Source: Callorhinchus milii (taxonomy: Eukaryota). Taken from it: DNA of 64,000 nucleotides. The stretch lies in the NCBI RefSeq assembly GCF_018977255.1, contig NW_024704742.1:4032001-4096000 (forward strand). The letters are read 5' to 3'. The translations under genes and the position numbers were made by a program. The notes under the pieces were generated by a model. The model was not told the DNA's origin, made no database searches, and was given only the letters and a program-made list of their open reading frames with translations. Shown here one piece after another: positions 51,510 through 63,996 of the stretch; position 1 is the first letter of the stretch, and each line of letters begins with the position of its first letter.

Positions 51510-53561
51510 ATGGATTTTCCAGGGCACTTTGAACAAGTCTTCCAACAGCTGAACTATCAGCGGCTTCATGGCCAACTTTGCGACTGTGTGATTGTCGTGG
51601 GGAACCGTCACTTTAAAGCCCACCGCTCTGTTCTCGCAGCCTGCAGCACCCATTTCCGAGCGCTCTTCACCGTCCCGGAGAGCGACCAATCCCTCAACAT
51701 GGTTCAGTTGGACAGCGAAGTGGTTACAGCAGAGGCCTTTGCTGCCCTTGTCGAAATGATGTATACATCTACTCTCATGCTGGGAGAAAGTAATGTCATG
51801 GATGTGTTACTGGCAGCATCTCATCTCCATCTGAATTCTGTAGTGAAGGCGTGCAAACACTACTTGACCACCAGGACTGTCCCTATGTCTCCGACAAGTG
51901 AAAGATTACAGGAACAGAATGCTCGAATGCAGAGATCCTTTCTGCTTCAGCAGTTGGGTCTGAGTTTAGTAAGTTCTGCTCTTAGCTCCACTCAGACCAT
52001 GGACGAGCAAGTCAATGTGAACTCCTCGCTTAGACATCATTTGGAAGATCAGTCCACCACATTCCCCTTGAGACGTCTCCAAAAGAGAAAGGCCATCCCT
52101 GACGAGCGATCCAAGCAGAGAATGAGGCCTTCTGTGGATGAGTCTCTTATCACTGAAGGCACGTCGGACAGTGGACAGGCAGTGGTACACACTTGCGAGG
52201 ATTTGTTTGCACCAGACTCGCTGAAGTTGGGAGATGGCTGTAAAACTAACGCAGTTGGTGAAAACCATGAGGACAACACTATCATGTTTGAGCAAACCTT
52301 CAGCGCAGCCGACGATAACCAGGTACCAAGTCAGTCAGACAACAGTGGAGTCATCCTCTCACAATCGATCGCTTCGCAAGCAAATCAGGTTGAAAATGCT
52401 TTCAACCAGGACAATCCAATCGAAAAGTCAGATTTTCACTCTGAGACCACAGAACTCCACCTGAATGGAGGCGAGGTCCACGTTCGAGTCGTGGTGAAGG
52501 CTGAGCCACTGAGTTCGCCTGAGCCACAGGACGAGACGAGTGACGTGGCCTCCCAGGCCGAAGGTAGCGAGTTGGTTGAAGTGGAAGGGGGGATCCCAAG
52601 CGCAGAGAAACTGGAGCTTAGCCCAGAGAGCAGTGACCGCAGTTTTTCTGATCCTCAGTCTACCACTGACCGGGTCACCGATATGCACATACTGGAGTCT
52701 ACAAATAACTCCGATGCCAAAACTCCTTTTCACATTTCCAGCTTCTTGAATAAGAGCCGAACCATTGGCTTCGGTGGCAATCTGAGTGGTGAGGATAACA
52801 TTCCAAACACAACCAGTGACGGCAGAATGGAAAGCGAAGCCTCTTATTTAATGAGTCCAATGTCGTCTATGCCCACGAGTAACAGCTCCACAACCACCGC
52901 ACCTCGATTGGAGCATCCATTTCATGACTCGCCTGACTCTCATTTTATGCGACCTATGCAAGACATGCTGAGTTTGCCGTGTGTGCAGCCTTCAGGGTAC
53001 AAAGGAGGAGGAGGAGGAGAACCCTTCAGATTAGACTTTCCCAGGCCTGGTTCCGGATTACATTCTCTGTCCAGGCAGTCTATCATTTCATCGCGAGGAG
53101 GAGCCAGCAATTTCCCATCTTATCGACGCATCGCTCCTAAAATGCCCATCGTAACCTCTGTGAGCGATGGAGGATCTCTCTCCCAGGACATTGGTTCCAG
53201 TTCCCAGGTGCGATTGTTAAACAGCACCTCTTCCCCTTTTGAGAATAAGCACTCTTTTCACTCAGCTGCTCCACAGCTGACTCGGGCGTCCGCAGACGTA
53301 CTTTCGAAATGCAAGAAAGCCATGTCGGAGCATAATGTTCTGGTGGTGGAAGGTGCCCGTAAATATGCTTGTAAAATTTGCTGCAAGACCTTTTTGACTC
53401 TAACAGATTGTAAGAAGCACATTCGCGTCCATACAGGTGAAAAACCCTACGCCTGTTTAAAATGTGGCAAACGGTTCAGTCAGTCCAGTCACTTGTACAA
53501 GCATTCCAAAACCACCTGCTTGAGATGGCACGGCAGCAGCCTGCCGAGTACTCTGCTGTAA
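51510..53561 (+). CDS. ZBTB5: Zinc finger and BTB domain-containing protein 5, single coding exon, 683 aa
   Basis: MDFPGHFEQVFQQLNYQRLHGQLCDCVIVVGNRHFKAHRSVLAACSTHF BTB domain; two C-terminal zinc fingers joined by a TGEKPY linker; splice acceptor TTTTAACAG at 51497-51505 four nt before the ATG; synteny with POLR1E and GRHPR. Confidence 0.97.
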   Translation: MDFPGHFEQVFQQLNYQRLHGQLCDCVIVVGNRHFKAHRSVLAACSTHFRALFTVPESDQSLNMVQLDSEVVTAEAFAALVEMMYTSTLMLGESNVMDVLLAASHLHLNSVVKACKHYLTTRTVPMSPTSERLQEQNARMQRSFLLQQLGLSLVSSALSSTQTMDEQVNVNSSLRHHLEDQSTTFPLRRLQKRKAIPDERSKQRMRPSVDESLITEGTSDSGQAVVHTCEDLFAPDSLKLGDGCKTNAVGENHEDNTIMFEQTFSAADDNQVPSQSDNSGVILSQSIASQANQVENAFNQDNPIEKSDFHSETTELHLNGGEVHVRVVVKAEPLSSPEPQDETSDVASQAEGSELVEVEGGIPSAEKLELSPESSDRSFSDPQSTTDRVTDMHILESTNNSDAKTPFHISSFLNKSRTIGFGGNLSGEDNIPNTTSDGRMESEASYLMSPMSSMPTSNSSTTTAPRLEHPFHDSPDSHFMRPMQDMLSLPCVQPSGYKGGGGGEPFRLDFPRPGSGLHSLSRQSIISSRGGASNFPSYRRIAPKMPIVTSVSDGGSLSQDIGSSSQVRLLNSTSSPFENKHSFHSAAPQLTRASADVLSKCKKAMSEHNVLVVEGARKYACKICCKTFLTLTDCKKHIRVHTGEKPYACLKCGKRFSQSSHLYKHSKTTCLRWHGSSLPSTLL

Positions 53562-55931
53562 GGTCGGACGTTCAGCTTGACTTCAGTTTAACGCCTTGGG
53601 GCGGTGACGAGTTTTAGAATTGTGCGATTGTGGCACGTGGCCGGTTTGTAGAAGACGAAAGGGAAAGAAAGCTGAACATAGACATTGGGACTGCTGAGTG
53701 ACAGCTGTGTGAGTCAGGTGCTGACGACAACTGATGTTTTGTAGTATTTAGTAAATGTACATAACTGCACTTTTATATGCTCTTAAGCTATTGCATTTCT
53801 GTAGTTGCACACTAATGCAAATCTGCAAAGTGACAGTGCAGAATTGTGTCCGTGTGTTGCCCAGAAATTTTTGAAGTGTTTTCTCGAAGAGGTTTTAAAT
53901 CCAAACGTGCAAGGCAAGAAGTAAGGCAATCTGAAAACAGTTAGGATGCAAACCTATCTCAACACTTGAAGAGGGCAGGATAGCTAGTCTTCATCTACTG
54001 TTGACTGATGTTATAATCCACCAAACCAGTGTGCAGGAGATCGGAGGTGCTTTATTCTTAGATAAATCTCTTTCAGTCTGCAAAGAGTTTAGTACCATTA
54101 ACGTCGCCACATGCTTAGCAGTTCTAAATCCCAAAAGAGGTTCAACTGTGGAATTTTACATTGAAAGTTGCCGGGATAATGGCACAGATCTTTCTCTAAG
54201 TCTCTCTCTCTGACAGCTATAACCAATCTGAAGTGAAGCAAAGTGATTTTAGTTGTCTCAAACCATTTCCCAAGGGGTTGAAATTCACAGCACAACATGG
54301 ATTGCCATAACTTTCCACTACATTGGCAATCTCATTGGTGTGAGAGATTAAACTGGACAGGAATGAATTGTAGAGCGATGCTCTTGGGTTGGAACAATAC
54401 AAACTAAGCTTTGTATTGCACCCAATGTTGTGTTAACATGGAAGTGCTTGATTGTGACACTTGAGTGCAAAAGTGCAAATGTTTCCTCTTTCACGAAAAA
54501 AAATCACCCAAGATTTCAAACAAATGAATTACAGATGGTGTACCAGGTTAATCCAATCGATTCTAAAAAATTAAATTGTCTTCGATAATAGTATAATAGA
54601 AAATCAGCCTATGTGCAATCACAAAGAATTCAGGCTGCTATAACCTTCTGTGTTTACATTGCACTTATGTATTTTTATGTTCTCGGAGTATAGGAAAGTG
54701 TTAGTGTTGTTTAGAATCCAAATTTTACAGTGTTTTTTGGTCAGGAATATTAACTTATTCATAGGATAGATCCAGCGGGAACATCTAAAGTACAGTAAAA
54801 CTCACATAACTCGGATCAGTCAGGACTGTAAACATTTAAAATGTCTTGCGTTGAAGTCCAAGTTGCAGGCAAACAGTTTAAGTTGTAGAAAATCTGATTT
54901 AATCAATAATCTACACTGCGCATGAGTAACTTAATGCAGCGGTAAGCCCACATGCAATGACGGGTCAAGACTGCATTTCCCGCGATTTAATGCATCCTCG
55001 GCCGTCAACGCAAGCGTTGGAATCGCATTGAATCTCGGGAAATTAAATTCTGCGCATGCGTCGATGGATCAAGACTGTGTTTCCCGCGATTCAATGCGGC
55101 CGGACAGTAAATGCGCACGGGTTGACGGGTGAGAACGTCATTTCCAACGATTCAATGCGGCGATACGAATTGGGAGGTGATTAATACGAGATGTGCGAAG
55201 GAATCAAAGTGGTTTTGATAGGAAACTGAATGGGGCTCGGGTGAATATAAGTGCTCATGCTACTCTGCGTGAAGGGCGCCGCTATATAAATGCAAGTTGT
55301 TGTTGCTGTATATACGACTTAGATGATTATAAGATTTATAAAGATAAGACTTGTGCGTGTTTTACTGTATTATCTAAGGCTTGAGTGAAAATGGCATCTA
55401 CAGGCTCCTAAAAACTACTAAAATACCTGTTAAAAAATTGACAACTAGAAATCCATCCATGTCCACTGCTCTGTAACTGTGTTTTATAATCATTTTCAAA
55501 ATGAAATATTTCAACCACAGAATTTTATCATCACTTGTCACGAACCTATCACTTGTCAATATTTAACCCTAAGTTCAGACTTTCTCTTGTGCTATGGGGA
55601 CCCTCCTAAGTTTTCAGCACCTTTCTTCACCTCATCCAAACAACGCCCCAGTCTCCTAAATCCTTTGCTAAACAGTGTATTAAAATCCGGAACAGTGGAA
55701 AAGCTGTAGTAGTTATACTGTGCTAAGAAAATGTGAAGAGCCTTAAGCTGCTGGACATCCTGACCCGAGATAAATAAGCCAAAAACTTGCTAAAGAACGA
55801 GACTCGAAGAAATAATGCTTTAAAAAAAAAGTCAAAGCATACTTACTATGTAGTTTAAAGTAATTTTGTACAGTAGTGTAAAGAGAACTTGTGGTCTCTG
55901 TAAAATAAGGTCAATTTACTGTGTAATGAAT

Positions 55932-55937
55932 AATAAA
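55932..55937 (+). terminator. Candidate ZBTB5 polyadenylation signal (AATAAA)
   Basis: AATAAA preceded by several TGTA elements, ~2.4 kb after the stop codon. Confidence 0.4.
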
Positions 55938-58900
55938 ATTCACAACCACACAAATTCCTTGATTTTTCCAGCTAGTATTTTCAAGCTGTTTATTAATACA
56001 TAGCAAAGAGCACTGGAAGCTATATGTCAACAAATCCAGAGGGTTCCTCATCTCTGGAAAGAGAAAAAGTCATTCAGGTATAAAGCGTTGACATTAATTA
56101 AATGTTTTCAGTTATTCGAGTTTGTGGGTGTGTAGTTATTCTAAATGTCATTACAAATTATGGTAATTTAGTGCGAATATAAGCACAATATTATGACATA
56201 TGATTGCAATTCTGGTTTTGTCAATGGTGTAAACATTAACACAACAACCAGCACAGCTCTTGATGCTTATCACAACATGTTTAATACTTGACTCCATCTT
56301 ACAAGCAATCTTGTAATTCATTCTCTATCAAACGCTGTACAGTACAGTTTAATGGCTGTAATTTTTTTTTGGGGGGGGGGTGGGGGGTGTTCTAAAGCTT
56401 TGAAGATAAGAGTAAGCTAATGACATATTTGTCTGTAGTTTGTTTGGAAGTGAAATGCAAACTACCATTTGCCTTGGTACCGTTCCTCAGCTTTCTAACC
56501 ACCAATATTTTTTACATCTTGCCATTCAACATTTAAATGGAACAAACTCCGTACCCCCGTCACCCCAGTCCTTGCCAGTCTCCCCATGGCTCCCAATCAC
56601 CGAACGGATCAATTTTGAGATCCTGTCCCTGGTTTTCAAATCACTTAATTCCCTCGCACCTCTCTACCTATCCGACCTGCTTACGCCCCACTCCACCACC
56701 CGCTGCCTCCGCTCGGCTGGCTCCTGTTCCTCATGCCCGCCGCTCCACCATCGGTGGCCGTGCCATCAGCCACTACGCCCCGAAACTCTCTCCCTCAATC
56801 CCTCGGCCTTGCCCCCTCCCCAATTTCAAATCCCACCTGAAGACCTTTTTGATCGTGCTTACAGTTTGCGTTTGATGGGGAAAAGAAGTGCTTAAAACAG
56901 AAGAACAGTGAACTTCCTTGAAGGTTTAACAACAATAATAATCCTTTCATTTGATATAGCGCCTTATCGCATCGTCAAAACGTCGCAAAGCGCTTCACAC
57001 AATATACTGTAAAGTGAATTGACTGTATATTCTGTGGGCAAAATTGTGCCCAGCAGTGTCCCACAAACAGTCGTGCATTAAGTGACCAATTGTTAGCTAC
57101 CAACTGAGCCATGTACAAGAAACAAGATCTTGGTGCAATTAATTGACGTCGTAGCATCTCACATTTGCCGAATAAAAATATACAATACTGATAATCTACA
57201 CCAAACCTGGTCCAACCTTTTTAGCTGCTGAGGGCTGGATTTGAGAAATGTCCGTGGGCCACTTAAGCAATATTTTTGTTTCACTTCAAGAAAAATAACT
57301 TGTACGAATCCTATAGAAATCCTATGTTTTAAATTGTGTAACCACATCACTTAATTTCACTATATTTTAGATACACTGCAAACTTGAAATGGGCGATGTA
57401 AAAATTCATACAAGTTTTAAATTTATAATACTTTTATCAATAGGGTACGCAAGAATAATTATTAAATCAGTAAACAGTGAAAATCAAAGAAATAATTAAG
57501 TGAATACACATAATTTAATAGCCCCAACGATGAACAAAATGATAACACTGTGGAAAATGTTTCCCTCGAACTAATGTCCTCTATTTTCCACATCAACCTT
57601 GTGTTTCTAACAGCCTCATAGTTTTGTAATTTTAGAATAACAAAATGGAACAATACTTCATCACTATTTGCTTATTTTGTAAACTTATCAAAGTGTGTGT
57701 GTTGGGCAGTCCAGGGCAGCTACCAGAAATGTACAATAAGTGATGCAAGTGTGCTTTCTGTACTCAATTTTATTGTCTTCAACATTGGAACGCTACATGT
57801 TTATCGTGCAGTTACTCATTGACACTGAACCAGGCTTAACATGAGTCAAATATTTTTGCGTGACAAGACGTATATCCGCTTTCATATCATTCATTGTTCG
57901 AAAGATACAAGATACGTATTTTCAACAGTGAAAGCGAATGTAAATTAACCCTTTTGCACACCTGTCACCTGTTGTGATGAGGCTCTGACTTGTGCTGCCT
58001 GTGTTTCTTTTGCATTTGGGTTAAATTAATACTCGTGCTATTTTGTTATCCATTGTATTCTTTTGACATGGTGATAAAACTGAAACACTCTGATAACTGT
58101 CTGAACCGAGGTCTAAGATGGGAGTGCAAACAGAATGGAGTGATTCCCATTAACTGGAGGTGTTTGTTTAAGTTGTGGGAGTGAAATCGTTAGGTACTGA
58201 AGGAGTTAGACAAGTACAATAGCCATAAATCGGCAAATTGTTTGGAACAATCCCAATAGTTGTGTGTGAAATGTCACAGCAATATTTCCCCACTGCCACA
58301 TCAGTCACCTTAAGATGGTTCCCCAACCCCCAATCCCCGTTAAGCGCTTCGAGACACTATCTCGCATGAAATTCGCTATATAAATGCAAGCGAATTGGTC
58401 AACATTTCTCCTCAGATTTGTATTCAGGAGGAAAACAGTCGTGTTGTGTATTGCGCTGAGCCAGTGCTGCCTTCATAAAGGAGCAGACCTGCCACAAAAA
58501 TCACCCAAAGCTTTGCACGATTAATCAAAGCTATTAAATGTGACAAGAGGAGTGCTTGAGTTGTCCTTGGCAGCACTGGGTTGAATGGGGGGGGGGGGGG
58601 AAGAGGGGAGGAGAATTAAAGTTCGTTGCTGGATGCGTGCATGAGTGGAGAGGTTGTAGTGTCCTCTGCAGACAAATAGCTCGCTGACGAGAGACTGTGT
58701 TCCGGCAGGAACCGGACCCAGAAAAGAAACTGCAATCAAACATATTCGTGCAAGAGGAAAACCTTAACCAGGGGCGGGGGAAGAAAAAAAAACTCTTCCA
58801 TGTACGGACTGCTATAAAAACACAAAACTGCAAACAATGATTGAAACTGACCAGTTTTTACCATCCCTAAGGTCACAGAGATTCCTCGAGCTCTCACGCT

Positions 58901-59185
58901 GCAGTGGGTGAGATGACTTTTTTTTTAATGTATAAAAGTGACTTCCGTATATTTTGTAAGGAATCAGTCAAAACAAATACATCAATGTCATTTGGTGTTG
59001 CCATGTTCACAAACTAACTACCCGAGTCTCTCTCGCTGGAGTGCGTCACCACCATGTATGTTAAACTGTGTTTCCGACATGAACGGACGCTTTACACACT
59101 TGTGTCCCCACGAGGAGGAGGGGGGGGGGGTGGGGGGGAGAATCGATGCACTTGTGTGAACGCGTGTGGGTGAGGATTCTTGAGG

Positions 59186-62100
59186 TTACATTTTCAGTTC
59201 GCTTGGCATAGGCTCCCCTTTGAGTCCAGCCAGTAGGTTGTTGGCTGCCAGCACAGACATGGCGTTTCTGGTCGCGTAGGTGGCGCTTCCAATGTGAGGC
59301 AGAACAACTGGAAACAAAACATATCAGAAGGTTAGGGCGTGAAGCGGCAAAAGGAAAAAAGAAAATAATTCTGCCCTGATCTCACACTATGTGCTTTGGT
59401 AAAGCAACTGTGATACAAGGAAACGTGGGAGTTCTGTCGTGTTGTAACAGTCCACAACTTTCGTCCCCGAATGTCACCAACACAGCCTTGCAGAAAGTAA
59501 GGCTCTTTTTTTTTTACATTTTGAGATTTAAGAATAGTTTGTGTCCTTCCACCTTAAACACAAGGATTTTTAGGTGCATTAATAAAGTGTTTTGTGTGTT
59601 AACTTCAGTACGTTTCGCTGACCGCTGCCGACAGTTGACTTCTTCTTCATCAATGAGTGGTTGGATAAAAAGAAATTGGCAAAATATCAAGACAAGACGG
59701 TGGAGAACATGTTCAAATGTGTCCTTCAGCCATAACAACAGCCAAGACTGAGGCACACTGGAATCTCGGCTTCAAATCTAAAAGTCCTGATACTCTGAAG
59801 GAAAGCTCTTAGTTCCCCAATAACTCACGACAGTCACTGGATTGCTTGATGTGCGCTGAGCCAGTCAGATTACAAAAGCCCTGACCCCTGATCCATGCAA
59901 CGCTGATCACAGTGAATCTCACAAGTGGTGTCTCGTTGTAGGAAGGCTAAATAAACAACAAACCGGGTGAGTCTGTTTATTCAGTGCGTTTATTTCACTC
60001 ACAATTGCCACACGGCTGCTACATTTTCAGGAGCCCCTGAAATATCACATCGCTCCCGCTCTGACTGTTGATTACTAATGACAGATAGCGTTTGAGTGTT
60101 GAGGAGCCAAACTGTGTGGCCAGGATTCTGAGCACCACTTTTATTAGGAAACAATTGAAAGAAAACTGATAAGTTTATTTTACATTTCAAAAACGCGGCG
60201 ATTTCCTGAGCCAGTGAGTCTGGTCCACATTGCGTAACGCTGGACGATTCGTTTGGTTAAATTTGTCTTTGGAGAGTTTCAAAAATCATTTCAAAATAGG
60301 TCAGATATGATTGAGATGGGACTGTGACCAAAATGACACTAAAGCTGCCACCTTACATTCTCGCACTATCTTTTGGGCTCATTTGATCTGATCCTTGCAG
60401 AATACCAACTCTATCGTCTTCCCATTACCGCTTCCAGGTCCTGTAACGTGTCCTGCCTTCTGCTCTCTCCCACCCCTCCTGGTAAAGTGGTACTGCTCAC
60501 AACCCTGAACCCTATCAAGGCATTCTCCCTTGGTATAAGTGCATGTTGTCGTCGTTCAACCTGTGGCTTTATTTAATAATCCTTACGTTTGGTAGAGCAC
60601 CTTTCATGTTGAACGTCTCGGAATAAACTGACTGTCTATTTTGCAGGCGAAATACCTTCACAGCATATTCTGTGAAGCGCTTTGTGACGTCTCGAAGACG
60701 TGATAAGGCACTTTATCAAACTGAAGGATTAGTACTATGGTTACACACAAGGTACATGATATTTGGGAAACCTCTCCCCGATTACTGGTGTCAACTTACT
60801 TTGACTTACCACAGTTTTTCAGTGATACTTTTGACTTACCACAGTTTTTCAGTGAGAGCAGAGGGTGGTTGGTGGGCAGTGGCTCAGGAACAGTGACATC
60901 CATTCCTGCGGCTGCGATTTGCCCAGTGGTCAGAGCCTGATATAGGTCCTCCTGATTCACCACAGCTCCTCTAGAGACAAGAAATACTCGTAGTCAAAAG
61001 CAACACCGAAAACAGTGGCCGCATAAGAGGATTAGTCTAATATTAGTGAGATGTGGTCAATAACTAGAACAACAACAACAACAAATGACATTTGTACAGC
61101 GCCTTTCACGTCAGGAGGACGTCACGAGGTGCTGGACAGTCAGGGATCCGCACCCGAGCTGGGGGTTGGGATCAGGAGGGCGGGGAGGGTAGGGGTAGGA
61201 GGGTGACCAAAGGCACGGTCCAGTAGGAGGGTATTGAAGGAGGCAAGAGAGAAACTAAATGAGCCAGTCTGACACATGCGAGAGGTCACTGTGAGGAAGA
61301 GGACCCATGTCTGTTCTTCACCAGGGTTTAGGAGTTTCTCTCACAGAACGTTACAGCAAACAAACAGGCCGAATGGCCTGTCAAGTGTACACTGACGTTC
61401 TTCTCCACATCAGCCATCTAACTCCACTCTCTTACTTGCTCCCCAGACCCTTTGATACTTCTTTTTTTCAAGCATCTGTCTTTTCAATTCCCTTTCCACA
61501 TTTTTTTCCCCCCCATTATCCCTCCCCTTGAATTCCTTTTGTGATTACATTCATCACAGGTTGGACTACAGTGGTGAGGGGGAAAAACTATTTCTATTTG
61601 ACATGAGGCCACCCATAACATCCTCAGCTCTCAACTTAAAATATTACGACACCCACGATGAAGTGTTGCGGTTAACTTGTAGATGAAATGCTTCCTGGCT
61701 TCAGGTGGTGTGAGGGCAGCCTGTGGTGATGTGACCAAAAAAAAATAAACTACACAAGACGTCACAGTGTGCTCCTACCTGCTAGAATTGATCAATATTG
61801 CCGTTTTCTTCATTTTGGCAAAGAAGTCTTTGTTACACATTCCCTGAGTGTCAGGAGTGAAGGAACACGACAGAATAATGAAGTCAGACTGGCTGGCGAG
61901 TGTATTCAGAGGCACTGTGTGGAATTAAGAATTTCAATCAAGGTTTGGTGCCTGTGTCCGAACTGCATATACAAAATCGTACATTAATAATGATAATAAT
62001 AATCTTTTAATGTGATACAGCGCTTTATCAAGTCTTCCCGACGTCTCAAAGCACTTCAGAAGATATCCGGTAAAATGGATTGACTCTGTATTTTGTGGAC

Positions 62101-63794
62101 GAAACGCCACAGCCAATTGCGCACAGCAGCGTCCCAGAAACAGTCGTGGATTGAGTGACCAAATTCTTCTTTTTTTTTCTTTTTTCTGAAGGGATTATTG
62201 TCCTTTGGGAAAACAATCTGCCAATTGACTAACCACCAGGATCCTACTTACTGCTAGGTAAACAGAGGCGCGTGGAGTCCTGTAGCTCAGTGGTTAGAGC
62301 ACGCGCTTTGCAAGCGAGAGACCTCAATTCCAGGCAGAGGGCGAAACCTTGGGCAAGTTTCCTTACTCCACACAGAGCCTAATAATAATCCCTCCAAAAC
62401 CAAAAACAATAATAAATTGGTCATTTTCAATCTACGACTGTTTGTGGGACATTGTTGTGCGCAATTGGCTGCCGCGTTCGCTCACAAATATACAGTCAAT
62501 TCACTTTACAGTCTAATCTGTGAAGCGTTTTGAGACGTCCGCTATATCAAATGCAAGGATTATTATTACTATTAGGAAACTTGCCCAAGGTTTCGCCCTG
62601 CCCGGGAATCAAACCCAGGTCCTCTCGCTTGCGAGACGAGTGCTCTATCCACTGAGTGACAGGACTCCAAATTGTCAAAATTTGCATTTTTTTCCCTCTG
62701 ATTTCCTTCTAAAATTTACTCAAGAGATGTTCTCAGAGAGGCCCTCATCCCTGACAAAAAAAACTGTCACTGTGTCACTGGAGTCACCGTCGTCGCTCCT
62801 TACCGTATTCAGCCTGTACTTTGGCAGCAGGTTCAGGCCTGGGCTGTCGTCCTGTGTACAAGAACCTTTTCACTCCAAATGGCTTCAGGCGCTCAGCGAT
62901 TGCTAGACCTTTAAAGAACAATCAGTACAAAATCACAGCCTGTGGGTGTTAAAAAAAAAACATTATAAACGACATTGAATGACCATTCTGTAACGCTCTC
63001 GTCTCTGAATCAGAAAATGTTGTGCGTTTATTCCAAGGGCCTGCTCTGGAGAGTCAAAACACTTTACCGTATACCCTGCGAAGCGCTTTGAGACGTCAAA
63101 ACGACGTGATGAGGCGCTGCATCAAATGCAAGGTTGTTTTTGTTATTATTCACAAATGAATAAAATGGGAGTTTTCATCAGGAGCAGGAACGAGGAAAGG
63201 AAGAACAAAACGATCGACTTCTGAAGAGAACTCGATGTTTCTTTCACACCATCGTTCATGTCGCCCAGATTGCATTTCCCAAATAGTCACTTCAAAGCCC
63301 TGTTGTTTAAAGGCAGAGATTGAATATTGAAGCAGGACGAGTTAATCGCAGGTGTGCCATCCGGGGAGGGTGTCTGTAGTCACCCCAAAATTATGCATAG
63401 TCCAAACTCAAAGGCAGAAAGAGAGAGACAGACAGGGAGGCTGAGAAGGCTGGCACTGAGTAAACTTGACAAGTGTGAAAATTATGTGTGTGTGTGTGTG
63501 ACAGAGAGACAGAGAGAGAGAAGGCTGGCTTGGCAAGGTACTATAGTCACAGTGTAACTTCCGATGGAAGACATCTTACATGTTAAGTTGACCTGATATC
63601 TGCATGGTTTTCATATCCACCAGGGTCTCAGTCCCAATATCTGGCACTCAGCTGTAACCTGCTCATTGAAAAGCTGCAAGACATGCAAATCAGAACTATC
63701 TGTACCTATTCTTCCGAGTCCCACGATGCCCACCGTGCTCTCTTGCAGCCCAAAGCCACACAGCCACAGGGGCTTCCAGGCACTCCAGCCACCA
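59186..63794 (-). CDS. GRHPR: Glyoxylate reductase/hydroxypyruvate reductase, 3' part only (5' exons beyond window). complement(join(63706..63794,62804..62908,61779..61914,60840..60970,59186..59307))
   Basis: [30 protein letters not shown] (Rossmann GxGxxG), [41 protein letters not shown] ... ELKM*; D-2-hydroxyacid dehydrogenase catalytic Arg/Glu/His present; GT-AG phases consistent. Confidence 0.95.
61985..62669. mobile_element. Nested SINEs: + strand copy (62272-62573) inserted into a - strand copy (61985-62278 and 62574-62669)
   Basis: The interrupted copy reads contiguously ..GGAGT|AGGAAACTTGCCCAA.. as in the intact reverse copy at 7250-7290. Confidence 0.8.
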
Positions 63795-63854
63795 CTGCAA
63801 AGCAATCACATCAACAAGGCCTTCAACTAACCACCTTGAAAAGACTCCACTGAA

Positions 63855-63996
63855 TCACACACACTGATCAATTACACACACACACACACACTGATCAATT
63901 ACACACACACACACTGATCAATTACACACACACACACTGATCAATCACACACACACTGATCAATCACACACACTGATCAATCACACACACACTGAT
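63855..63996. repeat. Tandem repeat (CA)n-CTGATCAAT in a GRHPR intron
   Basis: Directly visible repeated CACACACTGATCAAT units. Confidence 0.9.

Noticed and set aside
51966..52749. Antisense and alternative-frame ORFs inside ZBTB5
   Set aside because: Short shadows of the coding exon with no recognisable domain.
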